A DNA stretch of 64,000 nt from Marsupella aquatica (taxonomy: Eukaryota; Plantae; Marchantiophyta), in contig OZ316895.1 of assembly GCA_973895155.1 (NCBI GenBank), positions 20,908,803 through 20,972,802 of the forward strand, read 5' to 3'. Of the stretch, positions 11,601 through 25,169 are shown in pieces. Position 1 is the stretch's first letter, and each line of letters starts with the position of its first letter. The translations under genes and the position numbers were made by a program. The notes below the pieces were generated by a model that saw nothing but the letters and a program-made list of their open reading frames with translations, ran no database searches and was not told where the DNA came from.

Positions 11601-14600
11601 CTCGCTAAAGAGGTGAGTACTATGAAGCAAACCAATGATTTAATGACCTGATACTAGGAAGAGCCGTTCCTCCAACAACTGCTTCACATTTTCTACAACG
11701 CCAGTTCGGGCTTCCTGCATGATAGCCAAACTCATTGCCCTCTGTTGCACAAATACCGTAACATGACTCGTGCACATTTATTGAGCAAATTTGACATCTG
11801 CGTACCTGCAAGAGAAGTAAGTTGGAGCTAATCAGCACTGGGACAGCAGTTTTCATGCACATCAAACTACAGCACTAAATGTTCGGGCATTTCCGTATGA
11901 CTTCACGATGAAAGTCGATTTATCTCGCCAGAGGATACATCTTGTCAAACCTTAACTGTTCACTTTCCTGGCGTTCTCAAGGCCTACGACCAACGAATAA
12001 ATAAGGAATAAGGCAAACTTACTGGATTCGAATCTGAATTTTCTCCCCCGTTGCATATACAGCAATCGTCTGAACGATTCTGCACGGCAAATCTTCTTTC
12101 TATTTCCTTTTGTGATAAAGCTCCTTGAGAGATTTCCATAGATTTCAAGAACTTTGTACCATCCTTGTTTGCTTCCAACCTGCAATGTCGCTGGCTGGAG
12201 TCCATAACCAACCTTTTCCCACGACGTCCAGATGGCCCACCCTTCTCACCAAGATTTCTCGGAAGTACGGGGAAAGACTTGTCAGTGGTCTGGCACATCC
12301 TGTAGAATTCTCTTTCAAAGAGTTCCATGAGTTGCTCGAATGTGTCCTCTGAGAGAAGCTGATCGGCTCCAGAATGTTCAAGGATCTCATTGTACGCTTG
12401 CAGCCACTCTTCGTCCTCATCGTCCATATCGTACACTGATGGAACAGAGCAGAAGGAACCTCCGAGCGCCTGCCATATGCGAAACAGCTTACAGTGTGAC
12501 TCCAGTGAAATGTGGCAACCTTTTCTACTATCAGTAAGATGTTCGTTTGAAAAGTTACAGGTATGCATTTCAACCAAAAAGCTGAACGCGAGTGGCAGGA
12601 ATATCAATCGACATCCACAAAACATTATGCTCAGAGCTACTACACTCAGAAATTGAAGGAAATAGGCAAGAGATATCACATGTCCAAGATTTCTAGCAGC
12701 CGGCTTCGTGTACTGCAAATATGCTTGTGGCCTGGGAAATAATGACTCCACGCCAAGCATGACACTCTGTTCCGGTCTCGTCAAAATCCTGCCGCTTGTT
12801 CGCTTATCATCTGGTAACTTACGAAACAACGGAATGAAAATCGTGCGTTTCTTGACCAGATCTGATCTAGAAACGTTACTTAATCCACCACCTTCGAGAA
12901 CTCCGTCAGCCACAGGGTGTAAAGCGGGCTTTTTCAATTTGGCCTCTTCCTGCTGCTGTACCCACCGGTAGAATGAACCCCCATCATAATCGTGGAAGTC
13001 CTGATGAGGATCAAAGATTAGCGAGAAAGTCGTGCTTTGGAATGACAAAAAATTGAAGCAAATGTAAAAAATAGGAACAAATGTTTTAAATGAGCGGATA
13101 AACACAACATTGCGCAGTCGCCAAGAGCAATTTCAGTAGAAACAGGGTGTGGTTAAATAGAGCAAGAGAGATAAGCTACGACTGTCCCCGACCATTCCAA
13201 AAGCTTGGCAGAGCTAATTAATACCTTATCACGACCTTCAACAAGTATCGGAATCGACTGGTCTGGGTCCAGCGGACGCGGCCGAATCCGCATTCCACCA
13301 GATTCGATGGTTGTAGAAGTCAACAAGAATCCCTTCCTTTTTGAGTACACACGAGAAGGGGCATCGTCAGCTCTAACTACGCCTTCAGGTTCTTTGGGTG
13401 TTTCAATCCCTGTCCTTCCCTTTCTCTTCTTAGAGACAAGAGATCCTTTTACCCCTGCCATGTTTCTCTGACAAACCGGGTCCTCCAACCTTAAAGTTTG
13501 AGTCTTTGAATCGTCTTTCTCGTGTGTCTCAATTTGAATATCAGATAGCTCCTCTGGGTGCAATACATCACCTTCCACGCATCTGCTAGCCTCCATTGGA
13601 GAAGTCACTTGCACTGACTGTACTGTGTCCTGTTGATTTAATTGCACCGGGTCCTCCAACCTTGAAGTTTGAGCCGTTGAATCGTCCTTTTCGTGTGTCT
13701 TCATTTGAATATCAGGCAGCTCCTCTGGGTGCAATACATCACCATCCAAGCATCTGCTAGCCTCCAATGGAGAAGTCTGTTGGATATACTGCACTGTGTC
13801 CAGCTGATTTGATTGCGTGCGTACTCCTTCTCGATCAACCTGGACGTGCTTCTCGGTGACCAATGTAACAGGCTCTTTACTAGGTCGAGATTGCTGATCC
13901 AACGTATTATTAGGAATTACCAGTCTGTTAATGTCTAGCTCAGGAGCAAACATTGCCTGACATGTAACAGGTACTAAACTTTCACAACCTGGAACAAGAT
14001 TTTTTGTAGGGGAAGGCTGCTGTTTCGATAAGGTTTCCTGATTGTCCAGCCCTAAGACCCTCTCCGTAATATCTTCATTCTTATTTGTAACCTCGTCAGC
14101 CACTGCAACGTTTGCTTCAGCATCCACCTCTTGTTGGGCATCCACTTCATTTACTTCAGCGCGCCAATCCAACTCAGAACGAACGTCATTCGCTCCAACA
14201 TGAATTCCCTTGGCTTCAGTTTCTAACCGATTACCTCCAGTGTCCGCATTTACAGATTCTGCATCTCCGTTCAGAGAAATATGATCCAACCCCGCAGCTC
14301 CATCTACCAACTGGACTTCTGCCCGAACAGTCCTTCCTACAAGATTCACACCCTCTGCATTGACAGCCACCTGCTTCGCTTCAGATTGTACCCCAACAGC
14401 ATCAGTCACCATCTCCCCTGTTATAGAATGCATCTCTGTCCCTTCGGTGTGAATGCCATCTGCCTTAACGGGTACTTCCCAGACCTTCGAGTTCTCATTC
14501 TTAGTCTCACCATGCACCTCAGTCCTGTCCTCAAGCTCAAGCTCAATATCCACATCTCCCAGGATTGGTTCATCAGACTCCTTACCTTCTAACTTTGTCT

Positions 14601-17600
14601 GCTGCATATCCTCGACCCCTGAAGGCAACATTTCCTCGAGTGGTTCATCCTCTACTATCACATCGTCCCAACTCGATCTCGAAGTGGGAGAGATAATGCT
14701 GCCTTCTTTTCTATCCACTGCAATCGGCTTCACAGAAAGGCTTGTGACCACCTGCCCAGTCCCCACTGGCAGGTCACCGGTAGCAAAACGACAAGACTTC
14801 TGGGCACCATTCCAGGATAGATCAACCCCACGTTCTGCCATTCGGTTTGATAGAGAGTGCTCCAGCAACAGAAGTCTTGATCCTTCCTGTGGAGTGCAAT
14901 CTGCTGCAAATCGTTCGGATGACTCTTTGGTACATGCTTGATGAGTAAAGTCCAGCTGTGGACACACTGATAACAGCAGTTCCACACATGCGCCCCCTCG
15001 AAGTGACGTCCACGGCTCCGGCTCGGTCGTAGACTCCTTTTGTTTCGTCCTTGGTTCCGAAGACGTACAAACTTCAGGCAAGCAATCTTCAACCTCTAAA
15101 GTCGGTGGTCTGACCGAATCTTCAACTGATGTAGGCTTTCCTTGCTGAATACTAACAGCTACTTTGCCACTCAAAGTTAGGTGACAGCCCTCAAGTTCCA
15201 GAAGATGTGACTTTGTAGAATTTTCCTTACTCAATTCAAAGTCCTCTAAGGGGGCTTCTAACGTGACGTGCTCCTGCCGAGAGTTCACGGCTTCCGTAAT
15301 TAGACACTCCCCAATAGTCCTTTCCGAACCTACTGCGAGTTCTCTTCCTGTACCAATTTCACAGGCCATGCAATTCAAAAGCAGTTCTCTTGTAGTGTTT
15401 TCCTTATTGACCACATCTGTAGGAACAGAATGGCTTTCTACGATTGCATTGCTTGCCGTAGTGACTAGAGTAGTGGCAGAATCTGAATCAGCGATAGCGG
15501 CGACGCTTTCTGGTTTGCAATAAGCAGGGAATGCATCAAACATGTTTTCAGTAGTAATAGAGTTCTGCATATCGACATTAGAGCTGTCTGAAGTGGTGAT
15601 AGGATGGACGCCCTCTGCCGCGTTGAAAGGATCTGATTCAACTAATTTCGCACCAGGGTCCGAATAAACCATAATTCCCACAAGGTCTGATTCAACCGTG
15701 AAGAGCACCGGGTCTGATACAATTGTGGCGACAGGATCTGATTCAACTGTAGTAGCCAGAGGATCTGATTCAACTATACTAGCCACAGGACCTGATTCAA
15801 CTACAGAAGCAACAGGATCTGATTCAACTACAAAAGCAACAGGATCTGATTCAGCTGTGGGAGAAACAGGATCTGAGTTAACTATAATGGCAACAGGATC
15901 TGATTCAAGTATAGTAGCAACACGATCTGATTCAACTACAGTACCAACAGGATCTGATTCAACTATAGTACCAACAGGATCTGATTCAACCACAGCAACA
16001 ACAGGATCTAATTCAACTATTGTTGCAACAGAATCTGATTCAACTACAGCAGCAACAGGATCAAATTCAATTGCAGTACCAAGAGGGTCTGATTCAACTG
16101 AAGTAGCAACAGCAGATGACTCAACCATAGTACCAACAAGGTCTGATTCAACTGTAGTCGCAACAGGGCCTGATTTGTCGACACTGGCAACAGGATCAGA
16201 TGTGTTGACCACGGTAAGAGACTCTGATTTCTCTAGCATACTAATAGAGTATGCTTCGAGTGCAGCTCCAAAATGATTGATGTCCTGAGCACAAATCGTT
16301 TCCAGACATGAAGAATGCGACACTTCTAGATTTGGACCGCCATCATCAAGGTTCGTGGCCTTCTCTTGTCCACAATGCAATGTCAGTAATTTTCCATCCT
16401 CCAAAGCAAACGGTCCATCAGGAGAATCAGGCAGCTTGGGAGATAACTCAGGAACTGTAATGTTTTTCTGTTGGCAATACGGCAAACTCACAGTGCTCGA
16501 TGCCGGTTGACCATCGTGAGCGCCCTTTAACTCCCCTTGCACAGCTGTGTTAGACTCTTCAAAATGCTTGGGAATTGACGACGAAATCGATGCTGGCTCT
16601 TCGCTGTTTTCCGCTTCCTGCGCACCAAAAACACCCGTCCCAGCAGACTCTGGAACAAGTGACTGTTGACCCTCAATCACTTTCACCACTTCTCTTTCCT
16701 GGTCAATCGTCGCACCCGCTATATCGTCTTTGGCAAAAGCAGAGGCAGTTTTATCAAGCAAATCCGAGAAATCCAGAAAATGTTTTCCTTTTCCCAGATC
16801 CTCCTTTTCAGAGTCCATCTCTTCGAAGCGACGAAAATCCTTACTTTTGTCAGTCGTGGACACAACTCCTTCGGCATTTATTTCAAACTGCTCGCCAATC
16901 ACTGCATCTGCCACTGTGCCATTCTTGCTACCCTGCCTTTCAATGTTGGAGACTCTCTTTCCAGTACTATCTCTAGCTCGGGTGATTCTCTGAAATTCAA
17001 TTCCGCACCCATAGTTTTTCCTTCTCCAGACTTTCTTCTTTTTCTCAGGAACTTGAACCAACTCTGGCCCCCTCTGAGCCTCTAAGGATTGTAGCGCATG
17101 TTCGGCGTTTAACTGAAATGAAATCTGAGCCACTTCGATCACAGCTACATCCAAGGTCTCAGCTCGTCTTTCATCATGCTCTGACTGAAGAATGCCTGCA
17201 GTGACTTCTGGCTCAGCTCGTCGTTCATCATGCTCTGACTGAAGAATGTCTGCGGTGACTTCATGTCCATCAGCCGAGTGCGTCAAATTCACTTCCTCCG
17301 AAGTCTCCTTGAAAGTCCTGTCCTCTCCGGTAACAGTCGTAAAACTAACCACTTTGGGCCGGCAGCTCTTGCAAGCTTTTGGCGCAGACAACTCCTCAGG
17401 AAGCTTTTGCTGACCCTCAAGATCCTTCGAACAGTGCTCGCCCTGATCAGGAGCATTGCCATCGCCAGTCGGTAAACCAACCTGTAATGCTTCTGATGTC
17501 ACCGTCCCAACGTCAGCCAAAATGATACGTGGTAATCCAGAACCTTCAGACTGGACAACATCTGAATCGACTCCTTGACCAGAAGACAATTCTGTCACCT

Positions 17601-19737
17601 TGACGCAATGAACCACCTCAAGGACCACCTTCGAATTGCCTTCGGTGACTATGGATGTGGGTGTGACAGTGTGAGACCTCCTGGTCTTGCGTCGTTTGAG
17701 GACTGGCGAACCCTTTGAGAGCTCTGCTTGGCCCGTCTGGTCACCATTGCACGACCCTCCTTGATAGGACCCATCGGTTTTACTCCCATCTGCAACCGGT
17801 AAGAGTACATCAGTGTTCTCGAAGGAAGGTTGCGGCTTGCCAGATTCCGGTTGAGACTCACTAGAAGGTCCAGGCCCTACTTTAGAACCCTCTTTTGTCG
17901 ATTTACAATTCTGCGGTTTCTCATGATGCAGCACATTCTTGGCAGGATCAGAAGCCTTAGTTTGTCGCACAGAATCACCGCCACCGGGATCTATCTTTTT
18001 CTTCTCTCGTTTCTTCATTCTTCCTAAACGGCCTCCCTTTCGACCGTCCCCCTCTGTGCATTCTTTGGTGTGACTAGCGTCCTTGTCATTTTTCATTTTT
18101 AACCCGCCTTCACTGCATTGAACTACAAGCCCTGCGACGGGAGGTAGTAAACCAGGGTCCACCTGTCGTTCAATCCCCGAAGGACCGTCCATTTTAGTGC
18201 CACTTGTATGAACACTTTCGGTAAGCGAAAGATTTACCCCACCGCCATTGTTCAGTGAGGAATTCCCATTTCTTTCAGGTGCGGTGTGGTTCACCTGACA
18301 ACCAGATGTAAGTGCATCAATTATACCCAGACCCTCAATGCCAGTCGCTGTCCTGCTTTTCAACATTGAATCACTGGTCTTCACCATACCTACAACTTTC
18401 TGGCAATTGTCAGCAGGGAGCTTGTCCTGTTTCTTCTTGACTCTCTTCCGAGGCGGCTCAGCCGAGTTCAGATTCTCCCCAACCTTCTTATGACTTCTCA
18501 GCTGCATACTAGCAATCTCTACTGCTGCCGTTGGCTCTACTACCTGATCAAGAGGCTCGTCATTACTACTTCTGGACTTAGAATCCTCCTTCGGAGGAGG
18601 ACAACCCATTGTAATTCCAGCAGGGTCTGAGCCAGTGTCCTTCATCCCTCTTGTGACTCGAGAAGATATAGGTCTTGGCAGCGTATCTCTATTTTGCTTT
18701 ACCAAGTTTACCTCGGACATGGTCTTCCCATCTTTCTTTGGTCTGTCAGGTTTGGACAGCTGCACCTCTGGTTGAGGTGGAACGTGATTTAAACCTGAAC
18801 CATCAACAGGACTCTCCACAGGTGCAAGTGCCTTCGTGTTTAGAACGAGGTCGAGCTCCGCTGTCTTGTTTGAGGATTCAACATTGCAGCCATTGAACGG
18901 CATATCCATATTGGGCCTCTTGGCAGCCTCTTCCACTGGAACTACAGGAGCCTCTGCTCCAGCAGCCTCACTCCCGTCTGCAAAAATTCGCGATTCTGCC
19001 TTTTCCTCGGGGCTCAATCGCTTGCGCTTCTTGATATGGGAAGTTCCTGTCTGGCCATCTGAGCTTGGCTTTACCATGCCTCTCGTGAGGGGTCTGGCGA
19101 GATTGACGATGTCTTCACTAACTGCCCCAAGCCCATGCAACAGATTTCTGCGCTTCCTGTTGGGGTTCAGCTCTCTGGTGTGACAGCTAACCACATCGCC
19201 AACTTTCTCCTTACCCTGCTTCCGAACTTTGTGGCCCAAAGTTTTCCTCTTCCCTTTATTTTCTTCATTGTAGACCACCGCTCCTTTCCCGGTAATGTCA
19301 AGGCTGACGTTATTTTTAGCTGGGGCGTCGACCTCGACATCTCTTGTTCTCTCCATAGCCCCATAGAGACCCCTTCTCCGGGCCCTTTGATGGGCAGGAG
19401 CTCGTGGATGAGAGCTTCCCATTGTTCCGACTCCACTATCAGCCCTCAACTCTGCTCCAGAACTACGGTCATGTACACTACTCTGCTTACCTCGGGTACA
19501 ATCCTGGACGTCCTTCTGAATTGCCACTATTCCACGACCGGCACTCTCCTGTTCTTCCTGGACTACGCCCAGTTTCCGCTTCCTTGTCCGTGACTTCTCC
19601 CTCTTCGATACTACGACGGACGGGACCTGTGCTTGTTGCACCTCTGCTTCACCCTTTCCGTCTCTTACAGACGAAGTGAGAGCCTCGGTCGATTCCAGGC
19701 GAGCCTTCCATTGGTTCCTAGTCTTAGTATTGACCAT
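8630..19737 (-). CDS. Large chromatin protein: low-complexity N-terminus + EPC-N + PHD-Zn knuckle-PHD (PZP) + EPC-II + C-terminal ADD-like PHD finger (BRPF/JADE/Nto1-like)
   Basis: Exons 19737-13225, 13000-~12680, ~12469-12023, 11805-11648, 11494-11209, 11065-10262, ~10149-10015, 9727-8630. Most GT-AG junctions were frame-checked; those marked ~ are approximate. Motifs: RPRPLD..IPI, YDMDDEDEEWL, CCICNGGE...CQICSINVHESCYGI...WRCRKC, CAVC..GGAMKPT...WAHVACAL, FHISCG, FCPHH, VYSFWQVKR, LRQQLE...VVRREQMK, CLWC...CSSCPKAFCFLC...YVCNFC. Confidence 0.85.
13475..13800 (-). repeat. In-frame ~57-aa internal duplication in the giant exon
   Basis: DTVQ..TSP(L/M)EASRC(L/V)(D/E)GDVLHPEEL(P/S)DIQ..THEKDDS..QT.RLEDPV occurs twice. 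Confidence 0.9.
15627..16200 (-). repeat. Coding 27-bp minisatellite (about 20 copies of the 9-aa unit VESDPVA(T/S)(I/V))
   Basis: ggatctgattcaactatagtaccaaca-type units on +; translation ...VESDPVGTIVESDPVGTVVESD... Confidence 0.95.
17160..17260 (-). repeat. In-frame 19-aa duplication (EVTA(D/G)ILQSEHDERRAE)
   Basis: tcatcatgctctgactgaagaatg occurs twice, 57 bp apart. Confidence 0.9.
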
Positions 19738-21929
19738 CGTCACAGCAGAGGTGCACTAGTAGTGCATCCCAATAAAGTGCCCCCCTGCAGGCCACCGAAA
19801 CCCTAAGTTTGTGCAGAGAAGCGGAGCTGTGGAACATAAACATCACACTCAATTCGGTCTAAATAACTATGAAAGCTCATGTGAGTCGCCATCGCTGGGC
19901 TCCGCAGGATAATTGAACTCAATTGCAGGAATGCTCGTTAGTGAAATCGTTAGCAAACCTTCAATACAGACCGAGACGACCCTGACAAGCTCCATGCCAT
20001 CGATGACCCGGAAAGGACAACAAAGTGAAAACACCTCCCCAAGTCCGAACATATCCACTGAAACAGATACGCCGCGGAAAAAATAGGTAATGACAGGAGA
20101 CCACAGTAACGTGACCGTGCTCGTACTTCTCCCGTGATTTGTTGAATAGTTTGACAGACAAACAGACCTCCTCCTCACTACACGAATCACAGATACTCGA
20201 GCGACCCACTGACCCAAATTCAGAACATCACACAAGGAGCTTCCCCCACCGATCCAATGTTGCTCGTAATTGCTGTCGCCGTCAGCTAACATCCCTTTCA
20301 GACCCGGGCATTGCCTCCGCCCGCTGACTTAAAAATTCCGCTCAACGGTCGTGGAACTCATCCTATTCGAATGGTTGGCATTCCAATTCGTCGGATCGAC
20401 TCCCTTCACCTCCACAGAGACCATATTGGACAACGCCGAGTCTAGACCTCCGATCGAACCAATCCTTACTCACAATCTTCAGCCTTCCTTCCCGCCCTCC
20501 TCTCGCCTCGCCCAGCGCCCCGAATCATCATCCCAACCCAGACTGACGAGATCCATTCAACCCTAGCAACACCAAGCAGCACATTTCCGAACTCGGATCT
20601 CAAACCAAGGCAACTTTCTGCCAGTAACACCCCCGGCCCCCCTCCCCCCACCACCACCCCACCCTGGCTCTCTCCGTCCGCTCTTGGACTCGGAAGAGAG
20701 CACTGAAGGTCACGGCGCACCTAATTGTTTCCTCTCTCAATGTTTCCAGAAGGGATGCCTTGTCTGGCCGATACAAAACAGCACCAAGGAGATTACAGGC
20801 AGGCATATGCCAGCCGAACTCAATATCCGCAAGGGAAAACGCGCCAAAGGAAATACCACTAACCAGTACGTTCCGTCTCCGTTCTCGTCAGTGGCAGCAC
20901 TGCCACGGTAATCATCTACCGACTATAGAGTTACTAAACAACTGATATGCTCCCTCCACTCTCTCCTTCCTTCCTGGCGTCAATTCGCGCTCTCGTCTTG
21001 TGTGACATACAGGCGCGAAACCCCTCGCCTGCCTAGCTACTCTACTGCTCCTCTACAACACTACGGACCAGTACTCGGCTCTCAGCAGAGCTCCTCGTTC
21101 TAACAATCATTTCTCCCTCGCTCTTTCCTTCTCCCTTCCTCCTCGCTTCTCACCTCCCTGTGCCTCTCCTCTCCTCCCGAAAGCAGGCAGAGAGTAATGC
21201 GGCCATTCAGTCCCAACCAAGCCGACGACCGTGCCGGAGACCCAACACCCGCAGCGGAATCAGCATTCAACAGCATCAGCAACAAACAGCATCATTAGCC
21301 AGCAGGCATCTTCGGTACGCTATTACTACAACAGACTACTGCTGTATGTTCTTCCGACTCATCAACCACACTCGCCGATGCTGTCTCCTACTGATCCTGT
21401 GTCGAGACTCGAGACTGACGCCTTCTTCGTTACCGTACTCCACGGACCGGACGTTTCCTCCCCTCTTCCTTCCGCTCCTTCCTTCCTCCTCTCCATGACT
21501 CCATTCTTCCTTGTTGATACGGAGAACAATAATTGCTTTTTATTACTGGCTTGCTTGCTGCAAACAACCGCCCAAAAGCCGCCACCACAATCCTGCCACA
21601 ATCAACATCCTCTCGCGCCCTCCGTTTACTTCGCGCTCCTGCTCCGCTCTAACCGATACATATAATAAACACTCCAGCTGCCGGACCCACACCTTCTCCT
21701 CCTCCTCCGCCTCCTTCTGCCCCCACACCACACCGCCTTGCCCAATCACAACATGACAACACCCTCGCCCATCGCTACTCCTTCCTTCTTTTTCTCCCTC
21801 TCTCCTCTGTCCCCACTTCTGCCCTCCCCTCCCCCGCCATGCCCCACCTCTCTCCCGCCTCGATTCTCCATCATTCTCTCTCTCGACTCTCTCGATGTCT
21901 CCCCCTCGTCTCAATTCTCCCAATTCAAT

Positions 21930-22015
21930 GCTTCCCCGCTCGAATTCCTGCACACAATAGCGTCGAGAAGGGCTTCCCCGCTCGAATCCCTGCACACAAC
22001 AGCGTCGAGAAGGGC
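21930..22015 (+). repeat. Two-copy ~42-bp tandem repeat
   Basis: gcttccccgctcgaat(t/c)cctgcacacaa(t/c)agcgtcgagaaggg x2. Confidence 0.85.
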
Positions 22016-25000
22016 AGACGTCGCGCACACCAGCTACTGTCACAACGAGCTCACTAGCAGATACTGTACTGCTCATTCTACTCCTGTAAGCTGTAAGAGT
22101 GTAAGGTGCATGTCCCGCACTCCCGCGGTCCGTAGACCCTCCCGCCGTCGCTCGTCGTCCCCGGCCCTTCCCTATAGGCCCCTTTCCCCAACGCCCCCAC
22201 CAATCGAGCATCCGTCGTGGCGAGTGGGAACGAACGCCCCCATGTAGGCCGTTCTTGCTGTCGGACGTACGGAAGTATAGTGAACGAATGAGGGGACGGG
22301 AAAGACGGAGGCCGACACTCACGGGGAGAGAAATGAAAAGAGATCGGTGCATTGTGAAGGGTAACGATCGATTGAATCGAGACTGTTGGTTATGATAACC
22401 GACGGCTCATATTGATTTCCAGTCACGACTCGGAGATTACGACGCGGAAAGAATTTACTGAACGGATGACAATACCAAGAGGTAAAGCGAATTGTATGGG
22501 GTATTTTTACTTACCCACCCCGGTAACTTTGAACGTTGAGGTTTCCATCGTCGATTCGCAGACACGACGTCTCAGATACACTGAATGGAGCGTCGATATT
22601 GCCCCATTGCCAATATACAGGGGCAGTAACAGGAGGACAGCGGATCTGGCGGTCAGGACAGCGGGGCCACCGTCCTACCAGCCCTGACGAAAATAACTGC
22701 GAGAGAAACGGCCGTTGGCCAAAAGGAGACCAATATATTAGTTGGCATTTGCTGATCTTCCGAGTGTAATAGAAGGCTCTTACAGCAATAGGAAGTGTAA
22801 AACTTGCTGTTGACAGGTCGTGAATACAGGACTAAGGAACGGGATTTGTAGCCAGGGTATTTTTACGGTTTTCAATATTTGCAAGGGTGACGAAATTTAC
22901 TTTGTATCAAACAGAAGATGCTAATAATATTGTAAAGTTTCTAGATTTAGTTCTGGCCTATCTTTATAAATTTGAGGAGAGCCATCATAAATTTAAAGAG
23001 AGCCTTCACATTCTGGCTAATGGGACTCAGAATCTTGCCATTTGACATAAACTTATTACTGAGTTGGAATACCGGAACAAATGCTGGTAGCCTGGATATG
23101 GATGGAGAGTCAAAATGCTACTGTCCCAAATTACTCGTTGTTTATGCGTCCTTCACTACTGTGGTAGTTTCTTGTTATGGTAAGGTTTTGCCTTCCATGT
23201 TTGACTATGGTTTTGTTGCACTCTCTAAGTACATGGTGCAAACTGCTCTTTGCCACTGATACGGTAGTTTTGGGTGTTTCACTTCTTTCAGTAAAGTTGC
23301 CCTTTCCTGGGAAAACAAAAACATTCTTTGTAGTTTAGTCATATGTTAATTCTACACTATCAATCTGGAAGCATGCCGCTGTAGAGGGAGCTACTGTAAC
23401 TATTAGAGGACAGAACCAGTCCAAAGGGATGAGTGCATGTACAGTAGAGTCAAGTCAGACACTATCATAGACTACTCTTTTTGTCCTCACCTTCATCATA
23501 AGTCCACTAGCCCCCTATGTGTGTGTGTTGCACAAAAGATATCCAGGTGAATAAAGATATGAAGGTGGAAAAATATGTCAATGACAGAAAGAGATGTTGG
23601 GGTCACAAAAAGTAGAGGTCAGAAAAGATGTTGAGGATTGACAGATGGCAAGGGGAGAATGAGGTGAAGATGACGAAAAGATATTGAGAAGAGGAAAGAT
23701 GGCAAGGGTGAAGGAAAGATAATGTGATGAGATAAAGATATCAAGGTGGAAAAAAGGTAAGATGTTGAGATGACAATATATGTAAAGGTAAAGAACACAT
23801 GTCAAGCCAGGTGAGAAAAGATGTCTATGAGATAAAAAGATGTCAAGGATTCTATTTATACTCAAGTTTTTTCCAATTCATTAAAGTACTATCCAATTCA
23901 TTAAATTTAAAATTTAATAATTAATTTCATTAACTTTTTATCTTGGTCAAGTTAGGGCACGCTACCAGCACGTTGGGCAAAGGCAGTTGAGATTAAAAGG
24001 GTATGGATGGATCTGACAGTGTCAAAAAAACCATTTTTTAATGAAGGTCTATGATTGGTTCACGCTTTTCTTGAGTTCGTAAGTGGACAAAGGACTCTTT
24101 CTGGTGGGATAGTGTATTATAGTGGTACATAATTTTCCCTCTTTCCTCTCCCCTTTTCAATCTTCAGTTCCCTCCCCCACACCCTCTTGCCCTACCCTTT
24201 ATTGTTGCCACCCTAAGTGTTGTCATTTAGACCAGGATGTTCCGATGGGAGTGTTGTACACCAGGTTGTACATTGTTTGGGCCAGGTCATTGACACTTTG
24301 ACTGGGTTATTATTGCAAAAGTGTTGATAGTTCAGCTAGGTTGTAGTGTGGCCATGTTGCTGTTGCAAAAGGAATGAACAATTTAAAGAAATAGTCATCC
24401 ATGAAGATTTTTGAGAGGAGAACAGGTAATTTAATGGGAATAGCCAACGAACAATAAAATTGGGATGGCAAAGGGAGACAAAGAAACACACATTTGGGAG
24501 AAACAAAGCCAAACAAGGGCAAGATTGGGACCCAAATAAAAGTCCAAACATGGGAGAAAAACTCAGATTCAAAAGGGTGGGCCTCCTTCAAAAGTGACCA
24601 TTCTAACTCCCTCCCTCCAAACAAAAAATAAACTTGATAGAGAAATCCCGAGGAAATAAGATTAAATAATTAAAAATTGCTCCCGTTTCAATCCATAAAA
24701 ATTCCCAAGTCAAGTCTCCCCCAAACAATCACCCTCAACCCAAAACTCCTTAATCAACTTGCCCCTTCCTTTCCTACTTATGTGGCACGCCTCCATGCAT
24801 ACCCTAGTTATTTGCACATGTGGTGTGGGCCCCTTTGGTGCCCCTTGACTTTCCATACCCATTTCACTTCACCATGTCATTGTCATGTGGCAAGCCAACA
24901 CCAATTCTTAAAGTGCCTTGGGAACTCAAGTCTTGGCTGGGCACATGCAACACTTCTCCCAAGACCTTTCCTACTCTCTTTTGCCAGATCTAATGGTTCA

Positions 25001-25169
25001 GAAGTTTTTTGATTTAAATCCTATGGCTATATTGGGTTTACACTTTTTCCATTTTCATAAACGAACAATGAATGCGGAAAGGCAGTATGGCATACAATAG
25101 TTATAGATAAGGAAAAGACGAGCCCTACACATGAAGGCTTTAATGTTTATAAGCAAAGCTAATCCGTGT

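Noticed and set aside
15698-16276. Antisense ATGSDST-repeat ORF resembling ice-nucleation/mucin repeats
   Set aside because: Shadow frame of the 27-bp coding minisatellite; no ATG start or signal peptide.
19867-22352. Many ORFs up to 269 aa
   Set aside because: Low-complexity CT/GA-rich sequence, best explained as 5' UTR, leader intron and promoter of the chromatin gene.
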